Positions 1-6,486 of a stretch of DNA of 32,000 nt are shown here, in pieces. The notes under the pieces were generated by a model. The model had not been told where the DNA came from, searched no databases, and saw only the letters and a list, made by a program, of their open reading frames with translations. Position 1 is the stretch's first letter. The number at the start of each line of letters is the position of its first letter. This DNA comes from Caldimicrobium thiodismutans (GTDB lineage Bacteria > Desulfobacterota > Thermodesulfobacteria > Thermodesulfobacteriales > Thermodesulfobacteriaceae). A program made the position numbers and the translations under genes. The stretch covers positions 750,001 through 782,000 of the forward strand of contig NZ_AP014945.1 of assembly GCF_001548275.1 (NCBI RefSeq), in the 5' to 3' direction.

Positions 1-331
1 TTGGACCAAAAGCCACATCTTCAAAAACTCTTTCTGCAAAAAGTTGTTCCTCTGGATTCTGAAAAAGAAGCCCCATTTTGGAGTAAATCTCCCGTGGTTT
101 AAGTTCTCTGATTTCCCTTCCATATAGAAGAATACTTCCTTCATAATTTTTATAAAGCCCATCAAGAACCTTTAGAAGTGTTGTTTTTCCCGCTCCACTT
201 GCCCCAAGAAGGGCAATTCCCTCTCCAGATAAAAGCTCAAAATCTATGTTTCTAAGAAAAAAATCATCCCCAAGGGAAAATCTCTTTAATCTAACTTTGA
301 GTCTTAAAGAATTATCCAAAGAATTATCCAT
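1..331 (-). CDS. cbiO: ECF/ABC transporter ATP-binding subunit CbiO, N-terminal part (gene runs off the left edge)
   Basis: Hand translation of the minus strand from ATG (complement of 329-331) gives MDNSLDNSLRLKVRLKRFSLGDDFFLRNIDFELLSGEGIALLGASGAGKTTLLKVLDGLYKNYEGSILLYGREIRELKPREIYSKMGLLFQNPEEQLFAERVFEDVAFGP. It has a Walker A (GASGAGKTT) and LLFQNPE. It overlaps the cbiQ stop by 28 nt and is the last gene in cbiM-N-Q-O order. It is absent from the ORF track because it is edge-truncated. Confidence 0.85.
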   Translation of the reverse strand, partial: MDNSLDNSLRLKVRLKRFSLGDDFFLRNIDFELLSGEGIALLGASGAGKTTLLKVLDGLYKNYEGSILLYGREIRELKPREIYSKMGLLFQNPEEQLFAERVFEDVAFGP

Positions 332-1002
332 CCTATGCAAGCTATGAGAAAATAGAATAAATCTTTTAAATTGAGAGGTTCAAGGGGTAAGAGAATATTT
401 TTAAAACTAAAGCCCCTTTGATACATACTCTGAAGAATGTTTTCTGAATGGGCTAAGGCTTTAAAAAAGGATGCTTGAACAAGATATCTGAGGGAGTAAT
501 AGGATTCCTTTATTCCAGAATATCCAAGTCGATTTTTCTGAGAAAGATATACAAGAGAGATATCCTCTCTTAGAAGAGTGATAAACTTGAAACTTAAAAA
601 CATTAATTCCTGAAACAGGGCTGGAACTTTAAGCCAGTTCATAAGTCTTATCATCTCAAAAAAAGAAAGAGAGGTATAAAAAAAGAGAAAAAGGGTAAAG
701 GCTGAAAGAACGCGAAGACCCAAGTGAAGATTTTCTTTTAAAGAAAAAAGGGTATTTTGAAGAGAAGAAAAATCAAAGCTTTTTATAAGAACTAAGATAC
801 TTGCTATAAATAGGGGTTCAAGATAATAATGTAAAAGAGCTTTTAACTTTTTGGCTCTGTTGAGTAAAAGCCCAAAATGAAAGAGAAAGAGAGCACCCAA
901 GAAAAAGATATTTTTTGAGGAAAGACAAAGGAGAAGGAGAAGGCAAAAGTAGAGAAATTTTATTTTTGAATTTATTTTTGAATTAGGCCCTTTTTCCTTC
1001 AC
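304..1002 (-). CDS. cbiQ: ECF transporter transmembrane (T) component CbiQ
   Basis: 232-aa polytopic hydrophobic protein. It has a C-terminal SMYQRGF motif typical of the CbiQ/EcfT family. It sits between cbiN and cbiO and overlaps both. Confidence 0.8.
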   Translation of the reverse strand: MKEKGPNSKINSKIKFLYFCLLLLLCLSSKNIFFLGALFLFHFGLLLNRAKKLKALLHYYLEPLFIASILVLIKSFDFSSLQNTLFSLKENLHLGLRVLSAFTLFLFFYTSLSFFEMIRLMNWLKVPALFQELMFLSFKFITLLREDISLVYLSQKNRLGYSGIKESYYSLRYLVQASFFKALAHSENILQSMYQRGFSFKNILLPLEPLNLKDLFYFLIACIGWIILWIIL

Positions 1003-1237
1003 TTAAGAGTTTTCTCCAGTAATATCCAGCAACAAAGCCAGAAAGTCCTGAAAGAAGGGCAAAAGCAAAGAGTTCCGTATCCCCTTCAAGCTCAATGAGG
1101 GGTTTTGGTGCCCTTCCCTTCTCTTCTGCAACTTTTTCAATCACTGCTTCATCAAGACCCTTCCACTTCTCTTCTGCCAATGCCTTTGCACTAAAGAGAA
1201 AACTTAAGCCAAGGATTAATACCATAATTTTTTTCAT
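983..1237 (-). CDS. cbiN: cobalt/nickel ECF transporter small subunit CbiN
   Basis: 84 aa with two terminal TM helices and a charged loop. The C-terminal TELFAFALLSGLSGFVAGYYWRKL resembles the CbiN signature. It overlaps the cbiM stop by 4 nt. Confidence 0.75.
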   Translation of the reverse strand: MKKIMVLILGLSFLFSAKALAEEKWKGLDEAVIEKVAEEKGRAPKPLIELEGDTELFAFALLSGLSGFVAGYYWRKLLSEGKRA

Positions 1238-1911
1238 TTGACTACCCCTTTTATGGTTTTAAGACCTTCAAAGGCAAAGAGATCTTTTCTTCTTTTGTAA
1301 ATAGCTGTAACTAAAGCACCTGTAATTATAGCCTCAAGTATTCCAAGGGGAACTTGGGTAGGAATAAAGGCAAGTAGCACCTTGATGAAAAGGGATGACA
1401 CAGATTCCTCACCTTTAAGGGCTAAAGCAAGCTGAATAGCGGTTGTAAGATAGGTTATCCAGTCAGCAAGAAGCCCTGCTAAAAAACCCTTCATATAAAG
1501 GGGAAAGCCTAAGTTTTGAGTTAACCGAATCACAAGATAAGCAGAAATACTTCCCATAATAGCCATAGAAAAGGCATTGGCACCAAGGGTTGAAAGCCCT
1601 CCGTGAGCAAGAAATAAAGCCTGAAGGAGAAGCACTATAAAACCTGAAATAATACTTCCTGAAAGGCCAAGCACAAAGACTGCAACTGCAATCCCTACAG
1701 GGTGGGAACAGGTTCCGGAGAAAGGCACAGGTATGGGAACAACTGAAAAGAGAAAAACAAGCGCAGTAATGAAAGCAAAAACTGCCTTTTTCTCAGGATA
1801 ATCCTGAAGATTCCTTTTAAGATTTTTAAAACTTATAGCAAGGGCACCTAAAGTTCCAGCCCACCATAATCCAGCCCATGAAAGAGGCAAAATTCCTTCA
1901 GAAATATGCAT
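1234..1911 (-). CDS. cbiM: cobalt/nickel ECF transporter substrate-capture subunit CbiM (NikM not excluded)
   Basis: N-terminus MHISEGIL carries the conserved metal-ligating Met1-His2 start of CbiM/NikM. It has about 6 TM helices. A GGGAGGAG Shine-Dalgarno lies just upstream. Confidence 0.85.
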   Translation of the reverse strand: MHISEGILPLSWAGLWWAGTLGALAISFKNLKRNLQDYPEKKAVFAFITALVFLFSVVPIPVPFSGTCSHPVGIAVAVFVLGLSGSIISGFIVLLLQALFLAHGGLSTLGANAFSMAIMGSISAYLVIRLTQNLGFPLYMKGFLAGLLADWITYLTTAIQLALALKGEESVSSLFIKVLLAFIPTQVPLGILEAIITGALVTAIYKRRKDLFAFEGLKTIKGVVK

Positions 1912-1925
1912 CTTCTCCTCCCTTA

Positions 1926-1968
1926 ATGGTAATTTATTTTACCATACCCAAAAATATCAATTTGTCAA
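1926..1968 (-). promoter_or_regulatory. putative sigma70-type promoter of cbiMNQO overlapped by a 7-bp inverted repeat (candidate operator)
   Basis: The minus strand reads TTGACA (complement of 1963-1968), a 16-nt spacer, then TATGGT (complement of 1941-1946). The perfect inverted repeat ATGGTAA-N6-TTACCAT (1926-1932 / 1939-1945) covers the -10 element and the likely transcription start. Confidence 0.4.
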
Positions 1969-2192
1969 GATTTTTTATAGAATTAATCATAGGTATTTTA
2001 AAAGGAGTTAAAAATTCCCTATTGACTTTTAAAAAATTTTTCTTCAAAATCTTTCTAAAGAGGTTTATATTGCTTGCTAAATAGGTTATATGAGCTATTT
2101 GAAATTTAAAAAAACGAGATACACAAGGAGTAAGTAAAGTGGACTGGAGATATCAATATTTACATAGAACATAGTTGACTTACTAAACTTAG

Positions 2193-2327
2193 TCCTTCCT
2201 TGTGGGAAGGGCTTTAAAACAACAAGCAGAGCCTGAATATCAGGTAGTTTTACAGAAGAAGGAGGAGCTTTTAAATGAGAACCAGGAAATAGAAAATAAG
2301 CTTGCGGAGATGAGAAATAAAATTTAG
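2193..2327 (+). pseudogene. truncated 3' remnant of a paralog of the coiled-coil gene at 8724..9911
   Basis: The frame is open only from 2193 (TAG at 2190-2192) to TAG at 2325-2327. It encodes ...ALKQQAEPEYQVVLQKKEELLNENQEIENKLAEMRNKI*, against ...ALKQQAEAEYQEALQNEHKLLNEKQEIENKLAEMRNKI* at the end of 8724..9911. There are no indels and no upstream start or signal peptide. Confidence 0.75.
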
Positions 2328-2350
2328 CTGACAAAGAAAGATGGTAAAAG
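2211..2350 (+). repeat. left copy of a ~140-nt direct repeat (partner 9795..9934)
   Basis: Hand alignment is gap-free with about 122/140 identities. A 49-nt stretch is perfectly identical (2283-2331 = 9867-9915) and spans the stop codon. Confidence 0.85.
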
Positions 2351-2429
2351 CTTAAAATTTTTAATTGAAGGAAAAAAACGATATTTATAGGTGGAAATTC
2401 TTTATAGATAAGTAGGAATAATATTGAGT

Positions 2430-3632
2430 ATGAAAATTTTCATTTTCCTTTTTCTGTTTGTTATTTTATTGCCATTTTCCTCTAAGGCCCTGTCTCTGGA
2501 TCCTTGCGACTCTTGCAAAGATAATATAATAGCTGATTTGGAAGAAAGGCTTTTTAAGTTACAAAAAATTCGAGACGATGCAGAAAGAGGAATAATAGAA
2601 AGCGATAGAATAATAATGAAAGCACAGCAAATTATAATTCTTGCCAGAGCAAAAGGAGATGTTAAGGCTGGTCAAATTGCTGAAGAAGCATTAAGAAGTG
2701 CTGAAAAATCAAAAAATGAGCATAAGAAAAACAAAGAGAAAGCTGAAAAAGAAATTAGAAATCTTAATCAACTTATTACAATCTTAAATCAAAGGAACAT
2801 CAAAAACCTAAAAGATTTATGTAATATGTATAGAGAACAGATTGATCGTGATAAAATCGTTTTAAAAAGGTTTATAAAAAATGCAGAAGAACTAAGTAAA
2901 AGGCAGGAAGAAAGAGTAAAAGAAATTATAAAAGAAAGAAAGGAATTAATAATTGATTTTTTATCAGGTTCATTAGGCTTAATGAAGGAGTGTAAAGGTC
3001 TGTTTGGAGAATATGGAAATATTGGAAGAATAGGGAAAGGATTTCAGCGCTTAATTAATTCTCCGAACTTAAACCGAGAAACCAAAGAAACTTTCTGGAG
3101 GATAGGAGAGAAAATAAGATATTTAAATATTTTTCTTGATAAGAATTTTCCAAAAATAACTGAAGCAGCAGAGATAACAGTTCCAGCTATAAAGACAGCA
3201 GAATGGAGTGCCGAGATGTATCCAAAGATCATTGCCTATATGAAACTTACACAGGAAAATAATGAATATATAAAAAAATCTTTAGAAGAACTTGAAAAAG
3301 ACTTAGAAAAATTAGTAAAGTCAGATGAAACTAAGACCTTACTATTAGAACTTGGTCTGTTATCATTGGAAAATGAAAAAAGTATCTTAAGTAAGTTAGT
3401 CGGAAAATATGGGCAGGAAGTAGCCAAAGCAAATATCATAGGAGATCTTTTTGATTTTACATATCATGCTGTGAAAATAAATTATTTAGATAAAGAGGTG
3501 AATGGAGACTATAAACTTACAGAAGATTTGTTTAATCAATATCGTGCACTAAAAGCCCAGTTTGATAGGGATTGGGAACAACTTGGTGCATGTCTTAGAG
3601 AATGTGAAAAATATTGCAAAAACAGACAGTAA
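2430..3632 (+). CDS. exported coiled-coil protein with terminal Cys motifs (uncharacterised)
   Basis: Signal peptide MKIFIFLFLFVILLPFSSKA, then LSLDPCDSC. A long K/E/I-rich heptad-like region follows. The C-terminus is GACLRECEKYCKNRQ. The ORF track starts at TTG 2424; ATG 2430 gives a cleaner signal peptide. Confidence 0.7.
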   Translation: MKIFIFLFLFVILLPFSSKALSLDPCDSCKDNIIADLEERLFKLQKIRDDAERGIIESDRIIMKAQQIIILARAKGDVKAGQIAEEALRSAEKSKNEHKKNKEKAEKEIRNLNQLITILNQRNIKNLKDLCNMYREQIDRDKIVLKRFIKNAEELSKRQEERVKEIIKERKELIIDFLSGSLGLMKECKGLFGEYGNIGRIGKGFQRLINSPNLNRETKETFWRIGEKIRYLNIFLDKNFPKITEAAEITVPAIKTAEWSAEMYPKIIAYMKLTQENNEYIKKSLEELEKDLEKLVKSDETKTLLLELGLLSLENEKSILSKLVGKYGQEVAKANIIGDLFDFTYHAVKINYLDKEVNGDYKLTEDLFNQYRALKAQFDRDWEQLGACLRECEKYCKNRQ

Positions 3633-3645
3633 AAAGGAGTAGCAA

Positions 3646-4746
3646 ATGATCAGAAAAAGAACATATATTTTACTATTACTTTTCTTAATATCAGTTTTAG
3701 TTTCTCCATGTTTTTCACAGAATATTGGTAGATCCTGTGATGGTTCCCAGCTTAAAACTGATAGTGGGTTGGTTTTTATACCAAAAGGACAGACTACAGT
3801 AGTTTCGGTAGGCGGAGTAAGATATAGATGCGTTGGTTGTGGTAGATGCACCCCTGAATCACAACAAAAATCCTCGGGTGGCTACACTGGCAGCTATAGA
3901 AGCACTGGAGATTGGAAAACTGATCTTATGCTAAGTTTATTGCAGAGTTTTATACAAGGCTTTATGAGAGGTTTGCAGGAGGGAGGGCAAAGATCCTCTG
4001 GATCATCTGTTCAATCTTCTGCAAAGGTTCAATCTAATAAAAATACTGAAGATATATATCTTAAAGAGTGGCAAAATGAAATAGAAAAGCAAACTCAAGA
4101 GATGCAAAAGCAGTATGCCTTAATAAGGGAAAATGAATTTAAAGAAAAAAAACAAAGATTATTAAGCAAACTAAAAGGTCCTGATTCTTCATCTGAAAAT
4201 CTTGCATCTCTAAAAAGCCTTAAATGCAGTGCATACTGGAGCATGGAGGCAGCAAAATTAGCATCATCAGGAAGTGAGGATGCACTAAAAAAAGCAAAAG
4301 AGTATACTCTAAATTCAGAAAAAGCGATGCAAGGAGATCTTTCAAGCTGTCCTGATTTTCAACTGGAAGTAAATTTTTCTGGCTCAAGTGGTTCAACTAT
4401 TTATGAAGAAGAGTTTCAACAGGAATTTCTTAAAGTTCTCACTCACGAGATAAATGGTAGATTAAATTCCTTAAATGATTTCAAAAAGAAAAAAAATGAA
4501 ATGATACAAGAAGTAGCAAAGGTAGAAGAAGAAATCAAGAAAATTGAGGAGATAAAAAGTTCAGCTAAGAGTGAAGCGGAAAAACAACAATATGATGAAC
4601 TTCTTAATGAAGCACAAAAGACACTTGCTAAGGCTAAGGAAGAAGAGAAAAAAGTTGATGAGGAAATTTTAAGACTAAATCAGGAGATAAAAGCGATTAG
4701 TGAAATACATAAAACACTTTTTACTTCAAAAAAGGAGAATAAATGA
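3646..4746 (+). CDS. exported Cys-motif / coiled-coil protein (same architecture as 8724..9911; uncharacterised)
   Basis: AAGGAG Shine-Dalgarno 7 nt upstream. Signal peptide MIRKRTYILLLLFLISVLVSPCFSQ. Then a small Cys-rich module (SCDG...RYRCVGCGRC), an S/G-rich linker, the amphipathic segment DLMLSLLQSFIQGFMRGL, and a Q/K/E-rich coiled coil running to the C-terminus. Confidence 0.75.
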   Translation: MIRKRTYILLLLFLISVLVSPCFSQNIGRSCDGSQLKTDSGLVFIPKGQTTVVSVGGVRYRCVGCGRCTPESQQKSSGGYTGSYRSTGDWKTDLMLSLLQSFIQGFMRGLQEGGQRSSGSSVQSSAKVQSNKNTEDIYLKEWQNEIEKQTQEMQKQYALIRENEFKEKKQRLLSKLKGPDSSSENLASLKSLKCSAYWSMEAAKLASSGSEDALKKAKEYTLNSEKAMQGDLSSCPDFQLEVNFSGSSGSTIYEEEFQQEFLKVLTHEINGRLNSLNDFKKKKNEMIQEVAKVEEEIKKIEEIKSSAKSEAEKQQYDELLNEAQKTLAKAKEEEKKVDEEILRLNQEIKAISEIHKTLFTSKKENK

Positions 4747-6035
4747 TGAAGAAATACGTTTTTTTTGTATTAATATTATTTATTTTTTACGTAGGACCAT
4801 CTTCAGCAGAGGCAAATTCCAATGAAGCGAGAGAACACTTTATAAAAGGAAAAAAGATTTTAGAATCAGCGCTCTCCCCATTAGATTTTGTAAATGCTGA
4901 AATGGAGTTTGAAAAGGCTATAGAATTAGCTCCAGATTGGGCTGAGGCTTATTATAATCTCGCCTTGATATCGGCAGAAATAGGAAAACAGGTAAAGGCA
5001 ATAAGATCATTTGAAAGGTATCTGGAAATTACAAAAAATCCTGCTGATAAAAGTGAAGTGCTTTTAGAAATCTCAAAACTTAAAAAGATTAGAGAAACAA
5101 AGAGAAGGATTGGACTCTCTGGTATAAGTATAGTTGCCCTGCAAGATGGTGTATATTTGATGAATGTCTTGCCGGGTTCAAAGATTGAGAAGGCAGGTTT
5201 TAAAACAGGCGATAAAATAATAGAGGTCAACAAAAGAAGTACTATAGGAATCAAACTTGAAGATTTTTACAAATTGATAGAGACACCCTTTGAAGACCCA
5301 GGACTCCAAGCTAGATTTTCAATATACGCTAAAAGAACAGGGATTGAAAATATAGTGGGAATAACCATTATTAGAGGAGGCAAACAACAAGTTATCCCAA
5401 CTTCCCTTGATGTCTTTAAAAGCAATGTGTATGAAATTGAAGAGGATGAGTTTGAAGATGAGGTTATTAGAAACAGTATGCCTACATTTGTGGTCTTTTG
5501 GGCAGATTGGTGTACTTATTGCATAAAGTTTACATCCGTGATGGAACAAATAGCTGAAAAATATAAAGGGAAGGTAACAGTCGTTAGCATAAATATTCAA
5601 AATAATAAAAAAATTTCCGAAAAATTTAAGATTCAAGCAATTCCAACAACTATACTTTTTAAAGATAGTAGACAGTTAAACTCTGTCACTGGATATAAAA
5701 ATGAGTCTGATATAGAAAAGCTTCTAACCAGTCAAAATGTTAAAGAAGATTTTAAATTAAAAGCATCGGATTATAAGGGCGATGATATATATGTAGTTTA
5801 TGTTATTCCTAATTCATCTGCATATAAATCAGGCATAAAGCCCGGTGATATAATAAAAAAAATAAATGGCATAGATATAAGCAAGAACGCAAGGGAATTT
5901 ATTACACTGATCAATGATCTTCCAGAGGGTGAAAATATCTTTACCATTCTTCGTGATGGAGTTGAGATTAATCTTTCTGTTACTCTTCCACCAAAAGGCA
6001 CAAAAGGACGTTTAGGCTTGCAGATAAGGCAATAA
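4743..6035 (+). CDS. exported TPR - PDZ - thioredoxin (WCxxC) - PDZ protein
   Basis: ATGA start/stop overlap with the upstream gene. Signal peptide ...YVGPSSAEA. TPR-like AEAYYNLALISAEIGKQVKAIRSFERYLEI. PDZ 1: LMNVLPGSKIEKAGFKTGDKIIEVN. Thioredoxin fold: PTFVVFWADWCTYCIKF...IQAIPTTILFKD. PDZ 2: VIPNSSAYKSGIKPGDIIKKING. Confidence 0.8.
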   Translation: MMKKYVFFVLILFIFYVGPSSAEANSNEAREHFIKGKKILESALSPLDFVNAEMEFEKAIELAPDWAEAYYNLALISAEIGKQVKAIRSFERYLEITKNPADKSEVLLEISKLKKIRETKRRIGLSGISIVALQDGVYLMNVLPGSKIEKAGFKTGDKIIEVNKRSTIGIKLEDFYKLIETPFEDPGLQARFSIYAKRTGIENIVGITIIRGGKQQVIPTSLDVFKSNVYEIEEDEFEDEVIRNSMPTFVVFWADWCTYCIKFTSVMEQIAEKYKGKVTVVSINIQNNKKISEKFKIQAIPTTILFKDSRQLNSVTGYKNESDIEKLLTSQNVKEDFKLKASDYKGDDIYVVYVIPNSSAYKSGIKPGDIIKKINGIDISKNAREFITLINDLPEGENIFTILRDGVEINLSVTLPPKGTKGRLGLQIRQ

Positions 6036-6201
6036 AACTTTAGAATCCATTGGGAGATGGGATCCATTACGAAAAAGTTTGTCAAGAGTAAAATGTATAT
6101 TTCCATGAGCTATAAGACAGCAATAAATGTATCAAAGCTACTTACAAGAGAAAAAGAAAACCTTATGAAGTTAACAAAGGAATCAGCAATAGGAGGTTTT
6201 A

Positions 6202-6471
6202 GTGTGTGAACTGAGTATGAACTGTCCTCATATAAAATTTAGAAATATATATTCTATAATCATTTACAATATTATTAGAAAAACTGCAGATATACAAAAG
6301 CTTGCAAATATAAAAAGGGAAAAGAGAAAGGAGGAAGAATTAAAACCTAAAATTTTAAAGATTAAGACATTTGATATTGAAAAATTATATAGGTTATGTA
6401 TAAAAATAAAGTATGGCATCGGAATATTAGATATTAAGAAAACTATAAATAAATGCAAAGAAAAATTATAA
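6202..6471 (+). CDS. possible small Lys-rich protein in an AT-rich spacer (doubtful)
   Basis: AGGAGG lies 4 nt upstream of GTG 6202. The 89-aa product is very AT-biased and low in complexity, with no recognisable motif. Confidence 0.25.
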   Translation: MCELSMNCPHIKFRNIYSIIIYNIIRKTADIQKLANIKREKRKEEELKPKILKIKTFDIEKLYRLCIKIKYGIGILDIKKTINKCKEKL

Positions 6472-6486
6472 CAGAGGTGATAGATT

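Noticed and set aside
1912-2192. Cobalamin riboswitch expected upstream of cbiM
   Set aside because: No B12-box-like core or conserved stems were seen on the minus strand by eye. This still deserves an Infernal scan.
2095-2334. 79-aa minus-strand ORF upstream of cbiM
   Set aside because: It is antisense to the in-frame paralog remnant, whose plus-strand reading matches the end of 8724..9911. It has no Shine-Dalgarno and no motifs.
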